Below, piece after piece: positions 1 through 13,800 of a stretch of DNA of 64,000 nt; within the stretch, counting starts at the first letter, position 1; the number at the start of each line of letters is the position of its first letter. This DNA is from Anthoceros angustus. Taxonomy: Eukaryota > Plantae > Anthocerotophyta. The stretch covers positions 496,001-560,000 of the forward strand of contig VJWM01000135.1 of the NCBI GenBank assembly GCA_010909165.1, given 5' to 3'. Position numbers and translations under genes: made by a program. The notes under the pieces are model-generated. The model made no database searches, was not told where the DNA came from, and saw only the letters and a list, made by a program, of their open reading frames with translations.

Positions 1-1560
1 CTCGTTCGATCTTGGCGCTCCCGCGTCCAGTATAGCGGATGCGAGCGAAGTTCCGTTTAAATCGTAGATGACCACAGGGCTGGTCTCGTCCACTCCGTCC
101 ACACGCAAACCCAACTCGCGGACATATGAGTACCGGGCATGGCAAAGTTCACCACTTGCAACCGGCATTACGAGGCATGACAATGACCCGAACCACCGGC
201 ATTGTCAAACACATTGCGATCCGCGGATTGTGCGTGTTCACTTACCATCGAGTCTTCCGATTGTTGTCGGTGGCGCGCTCCCTCGCCCCGTTCGCAACCC
301 ATCCGTCTCGCCGTGTCGTCGGCGTGGCGCCTCCTCTCCCTCCTCGGTTTCGTTCTCCTCCACTCTCACGGGCGCCCCCGGCTCCTTCCCGGCGGAGCCG
401 CTTGCCCCACCATCCTCATACGCCTCGTCCCCACCTCCTCCGCCCCCACCTCCTCCGCCCCAGGCACGTCACGAGAAGGAGGCGCAAGGGATGCTGGTCC
501 TCCGTCACGGCATGCGCCTCTGTTTGCACCCTCGCCTTGGCGCAACCACATGGGTTGCGATCCTTGGCCGCCTTGCGGCCGTTGGTGGGGCAAGGCGAGT
601 CCTGCGGCGGCTCGAGCTGCGACCCTCGGGTTGCGCACCTTCTCCACCACTTCAAGAAGGAGGCGATGGCGCCCGTCATGGCGGCGTCGATTACCGCATT
701 GGACTTGGGTTGCTACCATACTCGGAGCTCCATTGGGTGGATGCCCTGATTTGCGGCCTTGGGCGGTGGCCCCTCCCAGTGCTGGCCCCATTCACGCCTC
801 TCGGCGAAGCAGGGTTCGCCCCTCGGCACTCTCGCCTTGCATCTTGGCCTTCGCCCACGCCCGCCCGCTAGGTCTGCCGCCCCTGTTGGCTGCACCCTCT
901 TCCTCTTCGGGTGCCCGGCGCCTCGAGCTCAGCGATGAGCTCGGCCAGCTCTTCTTGCCTCCTCCGCTCGACCCGCGCCCGGTCTCGTTCGATCTTGGCG
1001 GCGCTCCGTCGTTAGCGGATGCGAGCGAAGTTCCGTTTCGTAGATGACCTGTAGAGCTGGTCTCGTCCACTCCGTCCACACCGCAAACCCAACTCGCGGA
1101 CATATGAGTACGGGCATGGCAAAGTTCACCACTTGCAACCGCATTACGAGGCATGACAATGAGCCCGAACCCACCGGCATTGTCAAACACATTGCGATCC
1201 GGCCATTGTGCGTGTCACCCGAGTCTTCCGATTGTTGTCCGCACGCTCCCTCGCCCCGTTCGCAACCCATCCACGTCTCCGTCTGTGGCGCCTCCTCTCC
1301 CTCCTCGGTTTCGTTCTCCTCCTCTCCCGGCGCCCCCGGGCTCCTTCCCGGCACAGGCGCTTGCCCCACCATCCTCACGCCTCCGTCCCCACCTCCTCCG
1401 CCCGCCCCAGGCACGTCCACGAAGGCGCAAGGGATGCTGGTCCTCCGTCACGGCATGCGCCTGTGTTGCACCCTCCGCCTTGGCGCAACCACATGGGTTG
1501 CGATCCTTGGCCGCCTTGCGGCCGTTGGTGGGGCAAAGGCGAGTCGGCTGCGAGCGGCTC
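1..1560. repeat. Tandem duplication, ~985 bp period
   Basis: 1-~600 recurs at 985-~1560 (CTCGTTCGATCTTGGC...), differing mainly by small indels. Confidence 0.9.
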
Positions 1561-2599
1561 GAAAAGCCGCTGACCCTCGGCGCATGCGGCCGAGCCATCC
1601 CCACCTGCTGCAACCATTGGCGTGCATGCGGCCGAGCCACCCTCACTGCGGCCATTGGTGGCTGCGGTCGGCCGATCCACCCCTTCCCCTACGGTGGCGG
1701 CTGCACGCTGCCGGCCGTCATCCTCCACTGCGGCCCTGCGGGCGCATGCGGCAACCCGGCCTGGCTGCGGCCTCGGTGTCGCCTTCAAGCCCCTCATCTG
1801 CGGTCCGGGACTTCGCAGCATGCAATCGCCCCTCACGCCCTCCGGGTTTGGGCGGGCAGCGCCATCCGCTGCCGGACCCTTTGTGGGGCTGCAAGCGAGA
1901 CCTCCGGCCACGGCGCTTGTTGGGCGCCCCAGGTGGCACGCCACAGGCTGCGGAGGGCTCCACCAAAGCGGCATCGGGATGCCCGCCTCACCGGCATCGC
2001 AACCGGTGACCGAGCCTCACTTTCTGCATGCTCGTCCCTGGGGCTCTTCAAGCATTACTGGCCTCATGTGGGGCTGCGGCCTCCGCCCGCCGCCGCCGCC
2101 GCCGCCGCGCCGGGCGAGCGATCCCGCCGCCGCCCGCGCATCGGCCATTTCTCATCGTCGCCATCAGCGTCGGCCTCCCGATGCCCCGGCCGCCATGCCT
2201 TCGGTCGCCTCCCTCCTCGTCCCGGCGACATGGGTGTGTCGAGCTCCATGTCTTCCACCTCGCCGCGCCGCCCATCGCAACGCCTATGCTCGTGAGCTTC
2301 CACTTTGAAAAGTGGCACTTGGAGTTCTTGGTGAAGGCTGCAACAAGCGAAGAAAGCTCTGTTCAGCACGGTGGCATTTGGCACCCCAATGCATCACCGT
2401 TGCCACCGGTAGCGGCTGTTTTGGCGCTTCGCGCCAAGCTGCACTGCTGACTATTCGATTTCAACACCACGGCTTGCATGCGCATGTTGCCGCTGCTTTC
2501 GATTGCATGCGGTTCCAACCTTCTAAGCGCTTACGGCTTGCTTGGAGTCCGGACAGTCGTTGACCGCTAGTCAACCTACCACTTCCCGGCCTTTTCCGA

Positions 2600-4600
2600 T
2601 GTGTTCCTGCCATCTATCCATGGCATCTATACGGTACTTGCCTTTCCCTGCATTGCCTGCCTATAAATAGGAAGAAAAGTCCTTCGCATTTGGACCAATG
2701 TCACATGTGCATTGCCTATGGATGGCATCCACATGGTATGTATGCATGATGGCTGGTTGTCATGTGATGCATCGAACATTTGTACCTAGATCTTTGTGCC
2801 ATGGCACAATCCATGTATGTGCACCGTCATGCATGTCGGGAAGGGTACCATGCCATATAAAGGTCACGTGCGATATAGAGAATACATAAAAATCAAAACC
2901 CAAGGAAAAGGTGCCCATGACACAGCATCTAGGTAGACATGGTCACATGCATCACATGTCAACCAGCCATCATGCATACATACCATGTGCATGTGCATTG
3001 TGATATATGTTCGGCACGGTACTCTGACACATACATACGTCAACGAATCTATATAGAAAATACCTAAAAATCAAAACCCAAGGAAAAGGTGCACATGGAA
3101 AGCACATGGTATGCATGCATGCAGGATGGATGGTTGACATGTGAAGAATGTGAACAATTATACCTAGATGCTGTCATGGGCACCTTTTCCATCTATGTGC
3201 ATCGTGATGCATGTTCGGCGGTACTATGACACATATATAGGTCGGCGCATCTATATTCAAACTACGTAAACACCATAACCCAAGGAAAAGGGCGTCGTTC
3301 TTGATTGCATGAATATCAATTGTTCAAGGCCAAGGACAAGTGGGATTACAAATATACCTAGCGCCTACCATCGGTGAGGTGGCACTCCATCAACGTTCCG
3401 GTTTTGCCTATATATGTGGGCTACCCAACCATGGACTCCCAACTACACGCTACTTGCCTATCCCTGCCCTACCTGCCTATATATAGGAAGAAACGTCCTT
3501 GGCCTTTGGACCAGTGTCACATGTGCATTGCCGATGGATGGCATGCACATGGTATGTATGCATGATGGAAGGTTGACATGTGGTGTATGTGAACATGTCG
3601 ACCTAGATGCTGTGTCATGGCACAATCAACCTATGTGCATCGCGATGTTTGTAAGGGCATCTCGACACATATATAGGTCACCGCACCTATATAGAAAATA
3701 CGAAAATCATAAACCAAGGAAAAGGGCTAGTAGGTTGTTAAGTGCATAAATATCATTTGTTCAAAGGCCAAGGAGAAGTAGGACTCTAAATAGATAGTGC
3801 CTACCATCGTGTGAGGTGGTGCTTCATCGAGAGTCCCGGTGGTTTTGCCTATATATGTGGGCTACCCAACCTATGATTCTTCGATTGTACATGTTTGTCA
3901 TAAAGGATAGGCAGCCATACTTAGTCCCTTCTTTTCTCTTTTCCCTCTTCTCACCTTTGGGAACCGCATTGTCTAGTGGGAGCGTCGGTTCGCTTGTTGT
4001 CTTTGTCGCAATGGTACCTATGCCGCATGCTCCGACTAAGAATCGCATGGTCGCATACTTGGTTTCATTTGGTGATTCTCGGTTTGGTCCAAAGGCCAAG
4101 GTCTTCCTTCCCTTCATTGATTGACATATTGGTGCAAAGGCCAAGGAGTTTTGTTCCCTTCATTGCCAATGTGAAAGCTCCAAAGGCCAATGAGTATTTT
4201 TCCTTTCATGACGGTCAGGATGGTCCAAAGGGGAAGGACTTGTCTTATATATATAGGCGGGGAGGCGGGATAGGCAAGTACCGTGTTGGTTGGGAAATCG
4301 ATTTTCTACCTACACATGAATCGGACCTTACCTTCGGACCATTCGTCAATCCAGGATTACATTTTAGTCCTTGGCATTTGGACGACAACCAGATAATATC
4401 ATGTCCGAAACTAGTCCTCGGCCTATGGCCCAATGACGAAAACAACATGTTGTTTTCGTCATTGGACCATTAATCCGAGTACATTTTAGTCCTTGGCCTT
4501 TGGGCGTCAACGAGAAATATCATGTCATGAGTCCTCGGCCTATGGCCAGCGAAAACAACATGATGTTGTTTTCGTCATTGGGCCATCGGAACTGACATAA
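2600..4600. repeat. CATG-rich non-coding repeat module
   Basis: Recurrent CACATGGTATGTATGCATGATGG, AAACCCAAGGAAAAGG and AAGGCCAAGG subunits. Inverted homologues lie at 12.3-14.8 kb. Confidence 0.85.
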
Positions 4601-5075
4601 TCTGACAAGCGAAAACACGAAGTCGTTGTGCTTTGGACCGACCACTACAGGCGGCAAATTATTAGGCTTTGGACCGATTACAATTCTGCGGCAGTCGCCC
4701 TTCCTACCGCCATTCCACAACCACTCTTCCACTCGCGATCGCGGCCATTGCTATTATGAGCAGCGCATGCCGCCGCCACCCCATACAAGTTCACGCTATG
4801 CCTCCGGTGATTGCGGCGGCGCAATCAAAATGCACCTCCTTTGGAGGCCATTCCTGCGCCTCTCGCCTCCCTCCGTCGCCTTGCGCCCGCCCCTCCACAT
4901 TCGAAGGACCTTCCTCCCACCGCATAAGGCCGGCCGCCGACGGATGGTGTGCGGCGTGCGAGTGGGCTCACCATCGATGATGCACCAAAGCGCCTTCCCT
5001 CCGCATCCGCGACGCTGCGCTGCATCCCGTCTTCCACGCGGTCAAACTCCTCGGCGTCATGCCCGGCACCTCACC

Positions 5076-5455
5076 GGCACGGAATGCGATGGCCCATACC
5101 TCGCTTTGTCTCATCGGCGAGCACCCACCTCGGAACGCGCCGACCGCACTTCCACGTCGCACACTTCTGCGATTGTCTTCTTCGGTCGTCGCGGCTCTCG
5201 CATCCGATGTCTGACAAAACTTTGAGCTGTCCACCCCCGGATTGTCAATGACAACAACCTTGCTCGGCGGCACGGAATGCGATGGCCCATACCTCGCTTT
5301 GTCTCATCGAGCACACCCACTGAACCGCCGACCGCACTTCCACGTCGCACACTTCCTGCGATTGTCTTCTTCGGTCTGTCAGCTCGCATCCGATGTCTGC
5401 AAAAACTTTGGCTGTCCACCCTCGGATTATCGCCAATGACAACAACCTTGCTCGG
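5076..5455. repeat. Tandem duplication, ~192 bp x2
   Basis: GGCACGGAATGCGATGGCCCATACC at ~5076 and ~5268. Confidence 0.9.
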
Positions 5456-6209
5456 TGCGCACCACCCTCGCGATCGCCATGCGTGCGGTGACGCTCCATG
5501 GAAGACCTTCCGCCTCAAAACCCCCTGCACCTCTTTCCATTTGCCCATTGTGGTTGTCGGGCGGCCGCGGCCGATTGGAACCTCGGCGGGAGCACTTAGT
5601 TCGCGCCATTCGACTGGCGCCGTGCCACCGCCAACCCTACGGTTTCCGTATTATTGCGCCCGACCTTGTTTACATCCATTCTCAATTGGTGACGGAAAGC
5701 AATTCACGTCGAGGCGGCTCTCCATGGGTGCGATTGCCTCGATTTTCCGTGCCCGCCATCGCAAACCAAGTGAGTGCGGACGGGCTCAAAGTCTCTTCAC
5801 ATTAGTGCCCTCTTGTGCGGGGCGGGACAAACACAACCGAAACCACTTGCGTCTCTAATGAAACGCAGTCCGACTCGAGGCCGGCCTTTCAAGCGTTCCC
5901 ATACACGGAGTTCATGCGGATGGCTTCGTCACCCGCGTGGCCATCACGAGCTTGAGACATAGGCGGGAGGCGATGAGTGCGAGCACGTCCTCGCTGAGGC
6001 GGTGCCCAAATGCCGGAGGAACTTGCGACCACCATTGGCCTTGCTTGAGTAAACTCATCGGTGATGAAGGTGAGCAGCGCTCTATCGCCGAATGACATCT
6101 CTCGGCGATTTTCCGAACATTTCTCTAAAGCTGCAAGCGGCCTCGAATCTCACTCACTCGGGGCGCGTGCCTGCATCCATGCGTGGCGTGAAGAACTTGG
6201 TGACACTCT

Positions 6210-6365
6210 CAAGCGTGCACTCCCTAGACACTCCAACATGGCCCTCTTGTCCAGGTGCACCACATGCGGAACCCTCTCCCACCCACCGCCAAGCGTGCAC
6301 TCCCTAGACACTCCAACATGGCCCTCTTGTCCGGTGCACCACATGCGGAACCCTCTCCCACCCGC
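6210..6365. repeat. Tandem duplication, ~80 bp x2
   Basis: CAAGCGTGCACTCCCTAGACACTCCAACATGG at 6210 and 6290. Confidence 0.9.
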
Positions 6366-6949
6366 GCGTGCGGGCATCGGTGAATAAAAGCTGGTCCTGC
6401 ACCTTCTTCCGAATCGCGCCACCGCCCCGGGACATGCGAGGGCTTGGTCGGCCACATGCTTGAAAAATCCGGAGCCATGCGCCCATCGGACCAGCGATGA
6501 AATCGCAGCTGCGCTCCTCTTCGCCCGAGCCGCGTTTGATTCTTGGAGGATGGCCATCAGTGGGTGGGTTGTCAACATATCCGTCTTAAAAGCCCTCTTC
6601 AACGTCCTCTGTGCCGCATCCTTCCACTCCTTGTGCACGCCATCCTTTTGGCTCCCTAGTGCGTGCGTGTGTGGCAAATGTCATGGGACGACTCACCTCA
6701 ATGCCATTTGCGGCATGTACAGGTGGCGAAGAACATGGCACAAGGAGGCATCTGCCGTCGTCGGCGCACATTTGCATCAATTCACAAATATCTTACCATG
6801 CTGCAGGGGTCGGATGCACTCACAGGGCGATGTGGTAATGTGTAGCACCGACAGCGTTGCGTTCGAACACGCCGTCCACAAATGAGGCGACTCAGTACTT
6901 CGAGCCTCGATGCACCGTCGCGTAGGCACTTCGTCCAACCTCGTGGACT

Positions 6950-8410
6950 ACATCACCGATGTCCGTGCACAGTGCGATCTTGCACTCTAAGCGGTGGGAA
7001 AGGTCCCTCCTCCGGCGGGGGTGTCGAGCGGTTGGCACTCCATGCCCGCCTCAACTGCAATCACCAATCGTCGTGTTCGAACCCCATCGAGGCACCATGC
7101 AAATAATGGCATCGGCACTCACGGAGGTTAGGAGGTCCTCGAATCGCCGCTCCGTTCGGACGGCATCTGAGCCTTCTCGGTCACGCAAACATCGCATATG
7201 CGGCATCGTCTTTCGCGCGGAATGCCATAAGCGCGCGTCTTCTTTTCCCTCCTCGCCTGGCCTGGGCGACCCAGTCGGTGGCTGCGGTGCGATCGCACTC
7301 TAAGCGGTGGGAAAGGTCCCTCCTCCCGAAATTGTCGAGCAGTTGTTGGCACTCCATGCCCGCCTCAACTGCAATCACCACCGCGGGCAATCAACCCCAT
7401 CGAGGCACCATGCAAATAATGGCATGTCGCTCACGGAGGTTAGGAGGTCCTCGAATCGCCGCTCCGTTCGGACGGCATCTGAGCCTTCTCGGTCACCGCA
7501 AACGGCATCGCGGCATGTGCGGCATCGCGCCGCCGCCGCGGAATGCCATAAGCGCCGCGTCTGCGCCCGCCTCCGCCATCACCGATGTCCGTGCAGTGCG
7601 ATCGCACTCTAAGCGGTGGGCTGCGGTGCGGAGCATCTCCTCCTCATCCATCGCGAACCTCAAGTTGGTGCTATTCGCGTTATGCGCAACTCTTCCGTCA
7701 TGGATCGAAGGTCGGTCGTCCATATCCGCGAAGGCGGACCAGCCCGGCGGTGGAGGCGCGCTGCGTGCGAAGAACCCCTGGATGGTGGCGTGTCGAACAT
7801 TTCCAGCCGTCCATGCCTTGCACCATCGGATGCGGCGAGCCTTCGCCGAGTTCGTACTGCGCGTCTCCACAAGATGTTGCAGCCTTGCAGCGCCGCACCC
7901 GCATCGGTTTCGCGATCGCCATTCTGCCTTCTCCGCAAGTGACCCAAAATTTGAAGAACCTCCTCTGGCGATGGCCCGGATTCACCCCGGCCGCGCTCCT
8001 TCCCACCTGCGGTGGTGTGCGGAGCTCTTCCACAACTAAAAGGTCCGTTGCCATGCCGTTAGCGAGCCTCTTCCGCTCCCCGCGCGCTTCCATGAGCAGG
8101 CGTGCCGCGGCCGTCCATGCCTTGCACCATCGGATGCGGGCGAGCCTTCGCGAGTTCGTACTGCGCGTCTCCACAAGATGTTGCAGCCTTGCAAGGCGCA
8201 CCGCCGGTTTCGCGATCGCCATTCTGCCTTCTCCCGTGACCCAAAATTTGAAGAAGAACCTCCTCTCTGGCGATGGCTGCAGCCGCGCCACCTTCCCACC
8301 TGCGGTGGTGTGCGAGCTCTTCCACAACTAAAAGGTCCGTTGCCATGCCGTTAGCGAGCCTCTTCCGCTCCTGCGCGAGGCGCTTCCATGAGCAGGCGTG
8401 CCGCGCCCGT
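6950..8410. repeat. Two adjacent ~300 bp tandem duplications
   Basis: 6950-7240 recurs at 7280-7560, with a partial third copy at ~7580. 7806-8110 recurs at 8110-8410. Confidence 0.85.
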
Positions 8411-8879
8411 CCGCGCCGGGGACTTCTGCGCCCGCCTCACGTGCGGGCAGGCCCTACCCGCGCTGGCGCGCTGCGTTGGCCTGGGGAAAATTGCCTCCTC
8501 CCACATGTCCCGAGGGTCGGGTGGGATGCGTGCCTCAAGGTCGGGGATGCGGACGGTCGGCAGCGTTGTTGAACTCTCCCTCCGGGCGCGACCACGACCA
8601 CCGCGCCACGCTCTCCATCCATCGGTGACATCCACTTCTTCCTCCTCGCACCCAATCGTAAACCTCCGGCGCCGCCGCTCGCTCCCCAACCACCTCCGTG
8701 CAGAGGTGTAAATTACTGTCCGTCCCGGATGTACAGCATTTGCATCGACTGTCGGCCTCTGTGTGTTGTCTTTGCCGGGGAATTGACAGAATGTCGGATA
8801 CACGGACTTGTGTGTCGCGGCAACCCGACATCACGGACCACAAAGCGGCCGGACCAGTGCCGGAGCCTCGCACCCCTCA

Positions 8880-10600
8880 ACAATGGCGCCGCATCCCCTG
8901 AGCGTTCCATTGTCGTCGCCCCCGGCATGCGAGCACCGTAGCTCCACTGCGTGAGGTCGGCGCGGAACGAAGACAACGCCTTCTCCATCTCCCAAGTCGA
9001 CCTTGGGGCCTTGTCCAGCGGTACTTGTACCCGGACTTTGTGAGCCAGCGCCCGCCTCCGCCATCACGGTGCCCCAGCTCTTTTGCTTCTTGCGGGCCTA
9101 TACCGCAACCGTGATTCCGGAGTTGCGTGAATGGGATTGTCCCAACGGCGCCGCCGGCGGCCTCGCTCACTGCGCCGTCTCCATCCTCCCACCCGGCGCG
9201 GGCGGATTGCGTAGATGATCCGCCCACCCATTCTCCGCCATATGTGGATGGGCCACAGGGCACGTTGAACCTCCGGCGGTCAAGCGATGGCGGCTTGGGC
9301 GTGGCGGGGCCGTCATGGCGCCGATATTGGGCATCGGCGCGCCGTGAAGAGTGCGTCGCGCCGGCCGGCGCAATTACGCCCGGCTCGCGGTGCGAACGGC
9401 GGCGATGGCGGGGCGTCCGACAAGGCCGTCCATCCGTGAGGCGGGGATCGATGACCTTACATGGGGGCATATTCTTGGCGGTCATTCGTCTTCCCGTGCG
9501 TGCCGAGCAAGCGTATTGCCCACAATTTCTTCCTAAATCTGCCCGTTTGAGATGTGCACTCACGTGTCTTCCGGCGATGCCATGGTGCTGTGTGAAGACA
9601 CGCTTGCACTATACCATCGCGCCACCGCGTGTAGCGCCTCGATGTGGGGCGGAGACGGCGCTGGAAGGAGATCGATGGCGATGCACCATGCGTGCGCGCG
9701 TGTTAGTGAGTGGGTGCAGCCAAGGCTGAAATCATTGACGATATTCCTCCGTGTCCCATATCTTTGACACGGCCGCGCATGTCGGCATTGATTACGAGTG
9801 GCCGTCAGCGCTGCGTAAGTTTTGGCTCACGATATGCGGCGCTTGCATTGCGCTATGTGGCTGCAATGCTTTCAACTCCGCGCGCCCCATCTTGCGGTAG
9901 ATGCATCTGCGGCCACTCAACACCCTAATCGCGTTGCCGCGCATCGTTCCGCTCCCGCCTGGTTCTGCAGTGGACATGACACAGCCGGCGTTTGACTTTC
10001 CGCGCTCTCAGCCGCCAAACATGCCAGCTGTGGTCCCAGCGATCATGGTTCCTTCCCGCGTCACACGTGCGAAGATGCTGTACACATATGTGTCCCAATA
10101 ACATATTGGGTCCGATATGTTCCGAAATAAACTATTGGATCGGAAAGTGCGAATGATGCGCTATCAGTGCGCCGCCTCCGAGCATTGGTGTCCGGACCGC
10201 ACACCAATATCGGCGTTGTGGGAACAATTCATTGTGCCCTTGCATATTGAAATGCCCTTCGCATCTGATGTCTATGGCTGCGTTGGAGGCATGAGCAGGT
10301 CGACCACCGTGGTGGGAGGTCTTGTATTTGGAGACGGAGAAAGGCGCAGCCCGTGTGCCCGTCTGCATGGCCATTGCACAACCATCCGCTGGTCATCCTT
10401 CCTCGGCCAACATGCCTTTTAGGCATCCGCCATAATCTACGCACCATCTCGCTATGCATTAATATCCCTTCCGTAGTCGCGCCATATTCTGCGATGTGGC
10501 TCATGAAGTCCATCCCATATTGCTTGCCATAAAATCCGTGAACATGGCCCATCTTGGCAACCATCATCGCATTTTCGATGGCATGGTTGCCCTTGGCCCT
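8880..10600 (-). pseudogene. Degenerate HECT-like E3 ubiquitin ligase domain (cargo)
   Basis: Across frameshifts, in colinear order: SE(D)G.VDYGGCLKGMLAE (cf. GE.gvD.GG..reff), GWLC(A)MAMQTGTRAAPFSVSKYK (cf. G.l.glAi.ng..l..pF...YK), PTTVVDLL...DAKGIS (cf. tleDL..D..akgL), YSIFARVT...TMIAG, RKKLW(Q)YAC, RMPGATT (cf. LP.AhTC). The catalytic Cys is not clearly seen. Confidence 0.45.
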
Positions 10601-10866
10601 TCCGCGCCTCATGGTTGGAGATTTGTCTGACCCATCACCATCCGAGCTGGTCCTCCCACCATTACGGCCCGCTCCACGGATGAGGCGCTGACGCCATCGC
10701 CATAGGAGGGCCACCGCCGTCGAGCCCAGACGCCGCCACCCGCACCAATGAACCCCAACCCGCACCAATGAACCCCAACCCACACCAATAACCCAAACCA
10801 GCCCGCTAACCCGCCCCACCCACCCAACAAAAGCGAAAATGCCGACCCGAACCCCCCCAATACATA

Positions 10867-13800
10867 AAATGTATACAATGCGGAATAGTGCAAAATGCCC
10901 AAAACGCCTAAATTTCGCAAATTGCCTAACATGCCTTAAATTCATCAAATGCCATGCGAAAATAGCCATGCATTATGGGAGACAAGTGCTTGATGGAGTG
11001 ATGCGAATGGAGGCATGGCGGTTGATGCGTATGAGACGCCCACACGCTGCCCACACGCTGCCCACACTATGACGAGGCGCTGCCACACGGTGCCCACACG
11101 CTGCCCGGACTATGGAGCACGGTTTATGCGTTGACACGCAATCTAACTCCCTCTGAACTACACGATTGACAATGGAATAAAGCATGAGGGTGCATAATCG
11201 TTATATATGACATGAACAATGGTCCCTTCCCGCGAGCAAAGGAAAAGGTCAAATCAAGTTGGTTGCATGATGCTCCCACTAGATCCCATATGTCACAAGG
11301 AGAAAGAAGTGGGCAGTATGTATGCCTCTTCATCCAGAGAAATGTATACAATGCGAATAGTGCAAAATGCCCAAAACGCCTAAATTTCGCAAATTGCCTA
11401 ACATGCCTTAAATTCATCAAATGCGCTGCGAAAATAGCCATGCATTATGGGAGACAAGTGCTTGATGGAGTGATGCAATGGAGGCATGGCGGGTTGATGC
11501 GGTATGACGACGGTGCCCACACGCTGCCCACACTATGCGACGATGCACTTGCGACTATGGAGCACGGTTGAATGTGCGTTGCGAATGACCCTCAATCTAA
11601 CTCACTTCGAACTACACGATTGACAATAATAAAGCATGAGGGTGCATAATCGTTATATGAACACATGAACAATGGTCCCTTCGCCAGAGCAAAGGAAAAG
11701 GTCAAATCAAGTTGGTTGCATGATGCTCCCACTAGATCCCATATGTCACAAGGAGAAAGAAGGGGGCAGTATGTATGCCTCTTCATCCAGAGAAATGTAT
11801 ACAATGCGAATAGTGCAAAATGCCCAAAACGCCTAAATTTCGCAAATTGCCTAACATGCCTTAAATTCATCAAATGCGCTGCGAAAATAGCCATGCATTA
11901 TGGGAGACAAGTGCTTGATGGAGTGATGCAATGGAGGCATGGCGGGTTGATGCGGTATGACGACGGTGCCCACACGCTGCCCACACTATGCGACGATGCA
12001 CTTGCGACTATGGAGCACGGTTGAATGTGCGTTGCGAATGACCCTCAATCTAACTCACTTCGAACTACACGATTGACAATAATAAAGCATGAGGGTGCAT
12101 AATCGTTATATGAACACATGAACAATGGTCCCTTCGCCAGAGCAAAGGAAAAGGTCAAATCAAGTTGGTTGCATGATGCTCCCACTGGATCCCATATGTC
12201 ACAAGGGAGAAAGAAGGGAAGTTCATGGCGAGTATGGATGCCTCTTCATCCAGAGAAACATGTATAATGCAAGAATCAATGGTAGGAAGCCACATATATA
12301 GACATGTATAGTGGTCTGCGTGAACACCAAGGAAGCAGGTTGAAACACGTGCCACCTCTCACCGATGGTAGGCACGTCGGATGTATTTACGATCCTACTT
12401 TTCCTTGGCCTTCGAACAAATGATATTTATGCACTGCACAACATGCTCGCCCTTTTCCAAGACACGAAGAAGAGACGCTGCAGTGACGAAGGATGGACCC
12501 TTTTCCATCCAGGCAAACATCTACAATCCAAGTATCAATGGCTAGGTAGGCCACATATATGACAAGTACAGTGGTCCCGTCTGTCGAAGCCCAAGGAAAC
12601 AGGTTAAATCACGTGCCACTTCGCACCCGATGGTAGGCAAATCTATTTATAATCATACTTCTCCTTGGCCTTCGAACAAATGATAATTATGCGAACAACA
12701 TACTGCCCTTTTTTGATTTCAGTATTTTCAATATATATTAGACCTATATATGTGTCATAATCAGTCGAACATGCATCACGATGTACATAGATTGATTGTG
12801 CCATGACGGAGCATGTAGGTAGACATGTTCACACACATCGCATGTCAAGCATGCAACATGACATGCATACCATGTGCATGCCATCAATGGGCAATGAACA
12901 TGTTAGATTGGTCCAAAGGCCAAGGACTTTTCTCCGACATATAAGCGGCGGGGAGGGATAGGCACTGATGTGCACAGGAATCCATGGTTGGGCAGCCACA
13001 TATAGGAAAAACCCACAGGGTCTATGTATAATCCTACTTCTCCTTGGCCTTGAATAAATAATGTATGTCCACCAACACCATGCTCGCCTTTTCCTTGGGT
13101 TATGATTTTAGGTATTTCTATACTGTGAGACCCATATATGTGTCATAGTCCTGCCATAGAATGCATGTCAACCGTCCATCATGCATAAAGACCATCGGGT
13201 GGCATGGTGTTCACATCGACTTGGTGAGGTTTCCTTGGTTAGTGATTGACCTACCCATAAGTGTCTCAGGCGCGTAGAGAAAAACACGATGGATGACAAG
13301 ATGGATTCGCAAATTGCCTAAAATGCCTTAAATTCATCAAATGCAAAAACTGCGTAAAATAGCCATGCATTATGGGAGACAAGTGCAGTTGATGGAGTGA
13401 TGCAGAATGGAGGCATGGCAGTTGGATGCGGTATGAGACGCTGCCCACACGGTGCCCACACGTTGCCCACACTATGCAGCACGAGACGCTGCCCACACGG
13501 TGCCCACACGTTGCCCACACTATGGAGCACGAAGTTGAATGTGCAGTTGGGCAGAGAATGACCTGCAATCTAACACAGTGCACTTGCTGTTCGAACTACA
13601 CGATTGACAATGGGAATAAAGCATGAGGGTGCATAATCGTTATATATAGACATGAACAATGGTCCCTTGTGTCGCAGCGAGCAAAGGAAAAGGTCAAATC
13701 AAGTTGGTTGCATGATGCTCCCACCGGATCCCATATGTCACAAGGAGAAAGAAGGGAAGTTCTTTGGGGAGTATGTATGCCTCTTCATCCAGAAACATGT

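Noticed and set aside
68-9800. Many long overlapping Pro/Arg/Ala-rich ORFs on both strands
   Set aside because: By-products of high GC. Frames are not preserved between duplicate copies and carry no recognisable domains.
10080-10380. TET/JBP dioxygenase reading (FSVSKYKTSHH..D)
   Set aside because: No clean HxD..H..R set. The HECT interpretation explains more colinear motifs.
10867-12250. Repeated 119 aa ORFs, or a CRISPR-like array
   Set aside because: These are whole-unit tandem repeats with no unique spacers, in a eukaryotic context.
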